DNA from: an uncultured Ignavibacteriales bacterium
Lineage (GTDB): Bacteria > Zixibacteria > MSB-5A5 > GN15 > FEB-12
Length of the DNA stretch: 64,000 nt
Assembly: GCA_964464605.1 (NCBI GenBank)
Contig: CAYXJN010000009.1
Location: forward strand, 64,001 to 128,000
Reading direction: 5' to 3'
Below the pieces are notes generated by a model. That model saw only the letters and a program-made list of their open reading frames with translations, searched no databases and was not told the DNA's origin. The translations under genes were made by a program, and so were the position numbers. Below are positions 49,901-57,255 of the stretch, in pieces; the stretch's first letter is position 1, and each line of letters opens with the position of its first letter.

Positions 49901-50747
49901 TGACAATTGAAAGTGTGACATTTTCCAAATCCGGATCGAAGACGTCGATTGTCGTACAGAACGTATCCGGACGGCAGGTCGTAAACTTCTGCGGCACCGG
50001 ACAGGTAACGACCGGCGCTTTATTGATCGTTATCGAATCACAAATACTGGCAGTGTCGGCGTAGCAGCCGTTACTGACCGCGACCACAAAATTGTAAACA
50101 CCCGAGCTGTTGGCGGTGTAGGTAATCTTACCAGTGTGTGAATCAATGGTACCCGGACCGGAAAGTTTGGTAAAGGTCAACTGACCGCCACCCGGATTGA
50201 TACACGGAATCGGCAGCACACGCGGACAGGGTGCGCTGCAGAAATGGCCGGCGAAACAGGTATCCGGCAGAGTAACCGGCTGACCGCCGACCGTTACACA
50301 CAAATGACGCCGCACAATTAAGGTATCACAGGTAGGCACTCCATTGAGAGTATCCCAATGAACCAAGGCAAAGCGGGTATAATAGTCGCCGCTGGTTTGC
50401 GGATGTAATTCGAAATAGCCGTAGATTGAATCCCCGATAAACTCAGAAGAAAATGAACCGGGACCATTCAGAATTTCAAAGGTGAAATTCCGGTCCCAGA
50501 CATAAAACTGCAGGGTGTCATAGTAAGCTTCCCCTGTGCATAATGATACCGGTGTGCAGGGTCCTGCTTCTTCGTCACTCGTTCCGCTTGTCGTGTACAG
50601 CGGCGTGCTTTGGGCAGCCGGTTTATTCCCGTTTGGACCGGCGGCAATAATCAGCACCGGTGTCAGGATAACCAGACAGAGTGTAAGTAGGAACCGTAGA
50701 AGTGGACGCAAGGCATTGCAAGCGAGAACTGTCCCGGCCTGTTTCAT
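43914..50747 (-). CDS. Giant secreted protein: about 19 Cys-rich Ig-like repeats, cohesin-like domain, dockerin-like domain, second beta domain, FlgD-Ig/T9SS-A-like C-terminal domain
   Basis: GGAGG SD and signal peptide; roughly 85-aa repeats ending ATDSCG..D.....V; IGGFDVLLKFD cohesin motif; GDINLN...IADAVL and SDVNRDG..SVADLVLM dockerin pair; LSQNYPNPFNPTT...SGVYFYRL...KKMVLIK. Confidence 0.85.
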   Translation of the reverse strand: MKQAGTVLACNALRPLLRFLLTLCLVILTPVLIIAAGPNGNKPAAQSTPLYTTSGTSDEEAGPCTPVSLCTGEAYYDTLQFYVWDRNFTFEILNGPGSFSSEFIGDSIYGYFELHPQTSGDYYTRFALVHWDTLNGVPTCDTLIVRRHLCVTVGGQPVTLPDTCFAGHFCSAPCPRVLPIPCINPGGGQLTFTKLSGPGTIDSHTGKITYTANSSGVYNFVVAVSNGCYADTASICDSITINKAPVVTCPVPQKFTTCRPDTFCTTIDVFDPDLENVTLSIVSGSGWLNGTTLCIPVEGTGVYNVTVAATDSCGAADTCTVTVTVEGNRPPYVTSANDFSMSLCGPEQICVTVNADDQDLDIATIVSNIGTYNNQTHQVCFTADTAGVYTIITTATDSCGAWDSDTTLVTVDVNPPPVVDLGDDFAANFCGVDTVCFPITITDDNIEQVFPSIGNYNAQTGELCVVLEQSGSYPVIVRVVDACGAEAVDTVVITVGSGVPPVVSLGGDFSTSLCGTDSICIPLTITGGTIEQVIPSVGSYNAETGEVCFLPGQVGSYQVVVRVIDQCGGEGVDTVTVNVGAGVPPVISVGNNHDTLLVCTNQTTVCIPVETVPGATVQSNIGSYNVENGTICFEPIESQRTYVFIVSATDSCGRQSSDTSTVYVLFSPLVHENALQVYTQCTPQQICLPIGTDAPFDSAVASIGTFNPETREWCYTPAGTGYYTGTVTLYDSCGAFWVERFSIAVTIGGGAPPVVTNVPDFSMSMCTDVPQCFNIAHVNDADNTLLSITSNYGDLSPGSSENTWKLCFLPDSAGVYEIIVTATDSCGATDSDTTFVTFTPKYYSPVSLGEDFDVSGCGIDTICVNVGLTGDEIGVASNIGTVTYSGIGSLTGKICFVPDTTGVYEVIVTTRNTCGAFAEDTVNVTVTTGNAPVIVGMPDTSLYLCYPTKICLPVSIADADGDIKTITVNRGQYSNGQVCFVPYGAGVYPIIVTVTDSCGSVVKDTSYVTITTDQNVKITWPKDTTVMVCDNNTFCFPVLGIPAGATVTVSGIGASWNAQTQSVCLTSQCAVKTKITVKVSTTCNTFTGVFNVDVKCNDAPLVILPPNYTTGICASSQICVPVGISDADHNIANITVTGGLYDPFSGRICFTADTMGVYRIFASATDSCGKSDMDTLFVTVNNNNPPVITPAVLDTSVALCSLTEQICIPVSGYDGGQAVTITTNLGTYNPANGTVCFTPNQVGTFQLTVIAKDVCGAADTSLITVHVQTITPVDIQCPSGPLAVSPLCAPGQVCVPLVVTGANVTVTPNYGTWANGQLCFNADTSGTYQIRVIASGVCNTDTCVVTVPVTIQPTAVVTCPGDTTVKLCVADTLCFDIAKSASVTSLSISGPGYLNGTQVCVPITQTGFYTIRVIGNGPCGADTCTFSVNATVNKPPVVNAGRDTTITLCALQQICLPISYSDPDNSITQIITTLGQINGNQVCFTPPSFGMYTLIIRATDSCGVFKSDTAMINVVQGSFANITCPQTQFFTICGTDTICVSIPITPANAAVTVSRGTYNAQTGQLCIPVSNTETFSVRVIAQATCDADTCNFTVNVTKAQPPVVTCPGFIDTTLCLVSPDTICVPVTVTGTGVTVSVQPSGYYSGGYVCVPVTTAGSKAFKIIGTNMCGVDTCDLQLNVTADTPPILTVPVSFSIERCADDTEPICIDGIFAHDTRSAATLTKICGPGTLTLTRPDSGKICFVPDGFGTFEFCVSASDGCDTTVNSFSVIVTEKENCDLCVRIWLEAGPCTPVGLTTPVDLMIETNDAIGGFDVLLKFDASVMQFQSVTIQDGAIDGWEYFTYRLNSAACNGPCPAGLIRFIGIADANNGAHHPPASTLEPNGRLARINFLVANDQTLGDQFLPISFVWYDCGDNSFSNLAGTELFIDKRIYGPESALLWDEDDNVHYPESGRPVGLGAPDVCLNDDAKTLPTRCIEFINGGICVIHPDSIDARGDINLNEVPYEIADAVLYSNYFVRGLSVFNINIPGQIAASDVNRDGLTLSVADLVLMIRIITGDAPPSPKLNPVPTPMALNNTFENGEMLVTTNSVDEIGAMRLVYAITDNAVIDIPRLAADAQQMDMLWSVEDNQLRILVSKIGTERISSGERELIAIPVSGDGTLELVSAEIVNYEGQPFTVGKGNAAVPTNFSLSQNYPNPFNPTTTIAFALPNACEWKLKIYTVTGAMVREYSGASQAGEQKVIWDGCSSDGAKSASGVYFYRLEAGSYSASKKMVLIK

Positions 50748-51301
50748 CTTTCCTCCAAGTATTCGCAGCAGTGACGTGGGCTACCACTACCGGATTTGCT
50801 CAAATGTCGTTACTCACATCGTGAGCAAAAATGCATAAACCCCCGTGAGGGAAGAGGTGTACTTCAAGAAACCTCGCAAAGTTTAACTATATTAGTAGAG
50901 CTGTAAAATTGAAACCCGAGAAGTATTCAGGGTCGCTTTCCAAGCACTTTAATATAGCTCTCTTTCCTCGTTCGTCAAGGGCTTTCGGGCATCTCTTGCA
51001 AGAAAGAGGCCAGTTCGGAAAAAACCGTAACCGCTTGAATCCGAACACCCAACCGACGCACCCACCCTCCTATCCACAGGAACTTCTTTGAAACCGGTTG
51101 CATAGCCTATCGAAACCGAAAAAGGGTAGGATTCCCCTATGGCGGCGCCCCTATACCCGCTTTTTCAGACGGCCGGATGACGCAATTTCTGCCCCCTTTT
51201 TCCGCTCTTTTTCCCTCACTTGACGGCTTCGAAATTTGCCGTGATATTTACCCGCATAAGTAGTTGAAACCCTTTTTTCTTTCGATGAAAGCAGGAATTG
51301 C

Positions 51302-53281
51302 ATGGCCAAATCTGCGGCAAAGCCGAAACCGACTATTGAAAGCTCCTCCGGCCGGACTATCGATACCTTATTAGAGGAAAAACGGCTCTTTAAACCCTCA
51401 CCTGCTTTTGCTAAACAGGCTAACGCCAACGACAAAAATATCTACAAAACAGCCGCTTCCGATCCGGTGAAGTTTTGGGAAGGCATGGCTTCCGAATTAG
51501 TCTGGCGAAAAAAATGGTCGAAGGGGCTCGAATGGAAAGCGCCGGATGCAAAATGGTTTGTCGGCGGCAAACTTAACGTCACCGAATCCTGCTTAGACAG
51601 ACATATAAAAGAAGGACGCCGCAACAAAGCTGCGCTTATCTGGGAAGGTGAGCCGGGGGACAAACGCACCCTTACCTATAATGACCTTTACCGTCAGGTC
51701 AACAAATTCGCCAACGTTCTAAAATCGCTCGGAATAAAAAAAGGGGATCGGGTTGCTATCTATCTGCCAATGATTCCCGAATTAGTAATCTCGGTTTTAG
51801 CTACCGCCCGAATCGGCGCAATTCATTCCGTTGTTTTCGGCGGCTTCTCCCCTGAGTCCTTGCGTGACCGTATCAACGATGCCGGAGCAAAACTGCTTAT
51901 TACTGCCGATGGCGGCTGGCGGCGCGGGCAGGTGTTGCCGTTAAAGTTCGATGCTGATATCGCCATTGCTGAATGTCCGACGATTGAAAATGTCGTCATT
52001 GTCAAACGAGGTGACTTTCTACTTCGCGTCAAAGAGGGACGGGATCATTGGTATCACCGGCTCATGCAGGATGCCAAGCCGTACTGTGAACCGGAAATCA
52101 TGGACTCAGAAGACCCGCTTTATATTCTCTACACTTCCGGCACCACCGGTAAGCCAAAAGGAATCATGCACACCTGCGGCGGATACCTGACCGGTGTGTA
52201 CGCCACTACCAAACTCGTTTTCGACATGAAAGATAATGATGTCTACTGGTGTACCGCCGATATCGGTTGGGTGACTGGGCATTCGTATGTTATCTACGGC
52301 CCGATGGCCAACGGCGTCACCCAAGTCATGTATGAAGGCGCACCCGACTGGCCGGAGCAGGATCGATTCTGGCAGATTGTCGAAGAGTACGGCGTATCAG
52401 TTTTTTACACCGCACCGACTGCAATTCGTGCCTTTATGAAATGGGGGAATCAATGGCCGGATAAACATGATCTGTCATCCCTGCGCCTCTTAGGTTCGGT
52501 CGGTGAGCCGATCAACCCGGAAGCATGGATCTGGTATCACGAAGTTATCGGCCGGAAAAACTGCCCTATTGTCGATACCTGGTGGCAGACCGAAACCGGC
52601 CATATTCTCATTTCTCCTCTCCCCGGCCTGACTTCCACCAAACCCGGCTCTGCCACTCAGCCACTTCCCGGTATAGATGCTGCCATCCTGGATAACGACG
52701 GCAAAGAAGTGAAAAAAGGTGGCGGGTATTTATCTATCACCAAACCCTGGCCCGGCATGTTGCGTGGAATTTGGGGAGACCGTGAACGCTTCATCAAAAC
52801 GTATTGGTCGAAATGGGATGGGAAATACTTCCCCGGCGACGGTGCAAAGATCGATGATGATAAATACTTTTGGATACTTGGTCGTGTTGATGATGTCATC
52901 AACACCGCCGGACACAGATTATCGACTATGGAAGTCGAATCGGCATTGGTGGAGCATCCGTCGGTAGTCGAAGCGGCCGTTGTCGGTATTCCGCATGATC
53001 TCAAAGGAGAATCGCTTGCCGCTTTTGTTACGCTTGGCGGCGGATTAAAATTCGATGATAAACTTGTCGTGCAGTTAAAAGAGTTTGTCGCCCGTAAAAT
53101 CGGCGCGATGGCCAAACCGGAAAAAATCATTTACGCCCCCGACCTTCCCAAAACCCGTTCCGGAAAAATCATGCGCCGTTTACTGCGCGATATTGCTACG
53201 GGTAAAGTAATGGGAGACACTACGACCCTCGCCGACCCGGATGTCATCGGGCGAATTAAGAAGAGATATGAAGAAGATTAG
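51302..53281 (+). CDS. acs: Acetyl-CoA synthetase
   Basis: [54 protein letters not shown]. Confidence 0.97.
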   Translation: MAKSAAKPKPTIESSSGRTIDTLLEEKRLFKPSPAFAKQANANDKNIYKTAASDPVKFWEGMASELVWRKKWSKGLEWKAPDAKWFVGGKLNVTESCLDRHIKEGRRNKAALIWEGEPGDKRTLTYNDLYRQVNKFANVLKSLGIKKGDRVAIYLPMIPELVISVLATARIGAIHSVVFGGFSPESLRDRINDAGAKLLITADGGWRRGQVLPLKFDADIAIAECPTIENVVIVKRGDFLLRVKEGRDHWYHRLMQDAKPYCEPEIMDSEDPLYILYTSGTTGKPKGIMHTCGGYLTGVYATTKLVFDMKDNDVYWCTADIGWVTGHSYVIYGPMANGVTQVMYEGAPDWPEQDRFWQIVEEYGVSVFYTAPTAIRAFMKWGNQWPDKHDLSSLRLLGSVGEPINPEAWIWYHEVIGRKNCPIVDTWWQTETGHILISPLPGLTSTKPGSATQPLPGIDAAILDNDGKEVKKGGGYLSITKPWPGMLRGIWGDRERFIKTYWSKWDGKYFPGDGAKIDDDKYFWILGRVDDVINTAGHRLSTMEVESALVEHPSVVEAAVVGIPHDLKGESLAAFVTLGGGLKFDDKLVVQLKEFVARKIGAMAKPEKIIYAPDLPKTRSGKIMRRLLRDIATGKVMGDTTTLADPDVIGRIKKRYEED

Positions 53282-53288
53282 TTTTGGC

Positions 53289-53359
53289 GTAGGTGCCCCA
53301 CCTTTTAAGGTGGGGTCAGTTCATATATCCGCTGGATCCCACCCTAAAGGGTGGGCCAC
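53289..53359. repeat. REPIN-like inverted pair of REP palindromes (family A)
   Basis: GTAG-GTG-CCCCACCTT-TT-AAGGTGGGG ... CCCACCC-TAAA-GGGTGGG-CCAC. Confidence 0.75.
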
Positions 53360-53406
53360 CAAGTTTAGGAAAAATCGTTCTTCAATAAGAGAGGCAACGC
53401 CTCCCT

Positions 53407-54330
53407 GTGGTTGAGATAATCTACGAAAATCCCACTTGGCTGCCGTTTTTTGAGTCGGCGCTCAAAGAGATCGATGTCGAAGTACGGTTGAACTATATCG
53501 ATGACTTCGAACTTGATGTTCATCAACCTCCTGATGATATCGTCTATCTCAACCGCGTCTCTCCCTCATCGCACACCCGCGGCCATGCCAACGCCGTTAT
53601 TCGCGGTGAACAGTATCTGACTCATTTACAGGCGTTCAATCGGCAGGTTATCAATGATATCCGCACCATCGACTTTGAAATGAGCAAAGTAAACCAATAC
53701 CAACTGCTCAAACGGTTCGGTCTTGGCTATCCCGTTACCTATTTCGCTTCGGAAATCGACACGCTGATCAACTTGGCTGAGCGAGTACCGTTTCCATTAC
53801 TTACTAAGCACAACCGTTCCGGTAAAGGACTTGGCATTTACCGATTCGATACTGTGCCCGAACTCAAAGATTACCTTCATTCCGACAAATATGAGCCATC
53901 TCCCGATGGTATTCTCTTATTGCAGGAATACATCAAACCGCTCAATGACCGGATTACCCGCGTGGAAATCATGGATGGACAACTAGTCTATGCCTTCCAC
54001 AGCGCGACTTCACAGGGATTCGAGCTCTGCCCTGCTGATGCCTGCCGAATTGACACGCAAAAAGGGGGAATTGCTGCCGCGCCCGATAGTGATAAGCCGC
54101 TTTTTAATTGGATACCGGACTTCGATCATCCGATTGTCAGAAAATATATCGACCTTTGCAAATACTCCGGATTCGACATGGCCGGAATCGAGTTTGTGCA
54201 GGGGGAAAACGGCGCGCTGTACACCTATGACATCAACGGCACAACGAACTATTCCCCCGATGTCGAGCGCCAATCAGGACACAAAGCCCGCCGAGCGTTT
54301 CAAGAATATATAAAGCGAAAAGCGGCTTGA
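53407..54330 (+). CDS. RimK-like ATP-grasp protein
   Basis: NRVSPSSHTRGH, SKVNQY, KHNRSGKGLG, LLQEYI, GFELCPADAC, GIEF...YDINGTTNY. Confidence 0.8.
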   Translation: MVEIIYENPTWLPFFESALKEIDVEVRLNYIDDFELDVHQPPDDIVYLNRVSPSSHTRGHANAVIRGEQYLTHLQAFNRQVINDIRTIDFEMSKVNQYQLLKRFGLGYPVTYFASEIDTLINLAERVPFPLLTKHNRSGKGLGIYRFDTVPELKDYLHSDKYEPSPDGILLLQEYIKPLNDRITRVEIMDGQLVYAFHSATSQGFELCPADACRIDTQKGGIAAAPDSDKPLFNWIPDFDHPIVRKYIDLCKYSGFDMAGIEFVQGENGALYTYDINGTTNYSPDVERQSGHKARRAFQEYIKRKAA

Positions 54331-54403
54331 AATTCGGGACGTTGTCCCTTATTTTTGGGATTCTGCAATATGTATATTTTTTATTTTGTAATAGGAGTCT
54401 TAG

Positions 54404-55564
54404 ATGAGTATCGAATTTTCAGATGAACAAATATTTGTCCGGGATGTCGCGCGGAAATTCGCCGACGAAAAGCTTTTTCCCAACGCCGGCAAATACGACC
54501 ATGACGAAAAACTCGACCGGAAAATTATCCGTGAAATGGGTGAGCTTGGCCTAATGGGCGTCAAAGTGCCGGAAGCCTACGGCGGCGCCGGACTCGACAA
54601 CCTTGCCTATGTGCTCGCAATCGAAGAACTCGCCCGCGGATGCGCCTCACACGCCTTAGTTGCAGCAGTGCATGGTTCTCTTTTCGCCGTTCCGGTGTTG
54701 CAGGCCGGTACCGAAGAACAGAAAAAGAAATTCCTTCCGCCGGTTTGTTCCGGTGAAAAAATGGCCGCCTATTCCCTTTCCGAGCCAGGTTCCGGCTCGG
54801 ATGCTGCTTCATTATCACTAACCGCCAAAGAAGATGGGGACAGCTACATCTTAAACGGCACCAAACTCTGGGTCACGCACGGTTCGATCGCCGATTACAT
54901 TTTGGTATTCGCAACCGTGAACAAAGATCTCCGCACCAAAGGGATTGTCGCGTTCATTGTCGAATCCGACAAACCGGGATTCCAGGTCGGTACGGTCGAA
55001 AAGAAAATGGGCTACAAAGCCTCACCGACTGCCGAACTGATTTTCACCGATTACCGTGTACCAAAAGCAAACCAGCTCGGTGAAATTGGACGCGGATTCA
55101 ATATCGCGATGGAAACGCTCAACCATGGCCGTGTATCGGTCGGAGCGCAGTCGGTTGGTCAGGCGCAGCGCGCGTTTGAAATTGCGGTCAAATACGCCGG
55201 TGAACGCAAACAGTTCGGTAAAGAGATAGCAAGTTTCCAGGGCTTACAATTCAAAATCGCCGAAATGCAGGCGCAGCTACACGCCGCGCGGTTGATTACC
55301 TATGATGCCGCACACCGTATGGACAAAGGCATGCCCTTCGCCAAAGAAGCCGCTATTTCCAAGATGTACGCATCCGAAGCCGGTACGTTTATTTCCCATT
55401 GCGCCATTCAGATTTTGGGCGGGTATGGCTACACGCATGAGTTTAATGTCGAGCGGATTTACCGTGACGTGCGCCTGTGCGAAATCTTCGAAGGCACCAA
55501 CGAAATCCAACGCGTCGTTATCAGCCGCGAGGTTCTAAAAGAGCACGATATTAAGCTGTCGTAG
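54404..55564 (+). CDS. Acyl-CoA dehydrogenase
   Basis: YSLSEPGSGSDA, LNGTKLWVT, KMG..ASPT, RKQFG, QILGGYGY, EIFEGTNEIQR. Confidence 0.96.
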   Translation: MSIEFSDEQIFVRDVARKFADEKLFPNAGKYDHDEKLDRKIIREMGELGLMGVKVPEAYGGAGLDNLAYVLAIEELARGCASHALVAAVHGSLFAVPVLQAGTEEQKKKFLPPVCSGEKMAAYSLSEPGSGSDAASLSLTAKEDGDSYILNGTKLWVTHGSIADYILVFATVNKDLRTKGIVAFIVESDKPGFQVGTVEKKMGYKASPTAELIFTDYRVPKANQLGEIGRGFNIAMETLNHGRVSVGAQSVGQAQRAFEIAVKYAGERKQFGKEIASFQGLQFKIAEMQAQLHAARLITYDAAHRMDKGMPFAKEAAISKMYASEAGTFISHCAIQILGGYGYTHEFNVERIYRDVRLCEIFEGTNEIQRVVISREVLKEHDIKLS

Positions 55565-55588
55565 CAGGATTTGTACAATGGAGGGGGA

Positions 55589-56023
55589 ATGACATCTTCG
55601 ACAAAATTATTTGGCCTTTTTGCTATTATTCTTTTTGTGGGTTTTCTTTGCCTTTTCATTCCTAGCAAGCAATCAGGCACATCCGAAACCACCATAAAGA
55701 CTGTAATTCCAGTAGAACACGCTCCAGAATATAAAGAGATTGGACAAATAGCTGGAATAAACTTCTTTGCTTATACCCCTGACACCGCTATTAATTCTTT
55801 ACGATTTATTGTTAATGTTTATAGAGAGAGATATTCTAGGCCTTGGTCTGTAGGTGGTTTGCAGATTTTATTTTATTCAAGATCAGACATAAATCCTAAG
55901 TTTCCAATGGATGATAAGACTTTCAATGCATGGTTCGCTTCATACGATTTTTTTGACAGTAGTTTAACTTTCATAAAAAATGGTTACATACAAAAAGACA
56001 AAGCATCAGGAAAACTTAGATAG
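55589..56023 (+). CDS. AT-rich hypothetical membrane-anchored protein
   Basis: GGAGG SD, N-terminal TM helix; about 34% GC by hand count over 55741-55920. Confidence 0.6.
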   Translation: MTSSTKLFGLFAIILFVGFLCLFIPSKQSGTSETTIKTVIPVEHAPEYKEIGQIAGINFFAYTPDTAINSLRFIVNVYRERYSRPWSVGGLQILFYSRSDINPKFPMDDKTFNAWFASYDFFDSSLTFIKNGYIQKDKASGKLR

Positions 56024-56029
56024 TATTGA

Positions 56030-56056
56030 GTAGGTCAACCCCCCCGTGGTTTTGAC
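56030..56056 (+). repeat. Single REP-like palindrome (family B)
   Basis: GTAG-GTCAACC-CCCCCGT-GGTTTTGAC between two convergent AT-rich genes. Confidence 0.5.
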
Positions 56057-56082
56057 TCCAATTCTTTAGGCATTATAAGCGA

Positions 56083-56862
56083 CTAGCGCTCCGAACCGCG
56101 TACTAAACGAATGTAATCAATCGTTGTCTTTCCATTACAATCTTCCAGCATCTCTTGAGGCCAGTTTTGTATAGCGAAAGTTACTTTTACATTATGCACA
56201 TCTTGTGGAGATACTGATGTAAAATTCTCACGCAGCAGACTAGTGAGATCAATATCAAAATCATGCCATACGCCTTCAGAAACTCTCGAATAGCCTAGAT
56301 TCCGTTGAGTACTCAATATTCTTTCGAGATCTTTTGGCGTACCTGCAAACATCGAGTTTGCAAATGGATGAGACTTATATGCGACAAATGCATAAGTGAC
56401 TAAACCTTGATCCTTTGAAGCTCTAAAATCTATTTCCATAGTACAAAACGCATATCCTTTTGACATAGACGGCTCACTATCCCATGATGTTTCAAACTTC
56501 ACTCGACATTGAAGACGCAGGCCTTGGAGATCTGTATTTTCAAATTTGCCGATGTTCATGCCATCTGGCCCTGTCTTATTCAAAATTCGCGCATAATTTG
56601 AACCTTCAAGTTGTACAGAATTAATGAAAGCACCTGAATTCAGATTTATTTCATAATCCAGACTCGTATGACTTCCTGAGCCATTATCTTCAAACAAAAT
56701 ATTATCTGGTCCAAGAAATGTACCACAATACATGCAATAGCGAGCACTATCTGGATTTGATTTATCACATTTCTTACATAATATCTCTGCCAGCAACATT
56801 CCATAGGAAAGAGCAACAAATACGAATGCCAGTACTGCCGTAGACAGATTCCTTCTCAACAT
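56083..56862 (-). CDS. AT-rich hypothetical secreted protein with an N-terminal zinc ribbon
   Basis: Signal peptide, CKKC...N...ARYCMYCG ribbon, beta-sandwich-like C-terminus (G.WHDFDIDL...IDYIRL); AAGGAGG SD. Confidence 0.7.
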   Translation of the reverse strand: MLRRNLSTAVLAFVFVALSYGMLLAEILCKKCDKSNPDSARYCMYCGTFLGPDNILFEDNGSGSHTSLDYEINLNSGAFINSVQLEGSNYARILNKTGPDGMNIGKFENTDLQGLRLQCRVKFETSWDSEPSMSKGYAFCTMEIDFRASKDQGLVTYAFVAYKSHPFANSMFAGTPKDLERILSTQRNLGYSRVSEGVWHDFDIDLTSLLRENFTSVSPQDVHNVKVTFAIQNWPQEMLEDCNGKTTIDYIRLVRGSER

Positions 56863-56976
56863 GCTTTGCCTCCTTTAATTAGTTTTTTCCCGATTGACCA
56901 TAACATAGGCCCCAGCCCCATAAGACATCAAGTTATCTTTTCGGGCCGGGTTACCTGCAACACACAATCGAATCTT

Positions 56977-57011
<35 letters not shown>

Positions 57012-57058
57012 GCAGCCGTTTGTTGTACAGGACCCGACCCTATAATCTTTGTCTTCGT

Positions 57059-57124
57059 GTAGGTCAGGACTCCTGTAGTCCTGACATCTTTACTTGTGTC
57101 AGGAGCACAGGGCTCCTGACCTAC
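57059..57124. repeat. REPIN: inverted pair of GTAG-REPs (family B)
   Basis: GTAG-GTCAGGACT-CCTGT-AGTCCTGAC, 12-nt spacer, GTCAGGAGC-ACAGG-GCTCCTGAC-CTAC. Confidence 0.8.
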
Positions 57125-57255
57125 CAGAATTAGATAATACCACCGAATTCCTGCCTCGGAAAGCCCCAAAATCCCTGTTTTCGGGCAATATCACATATCG
57201 AATGTCCATGTCCGAAAATGGCTACTTTTCCTCTTTTTATACCGTACAATAGGAC

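Noticed and set aside
51070..51078. DnaA-box-like CTATCCACA
   Set aside because: It is a single imperfect box, with no cluster and no dnaA nearby.
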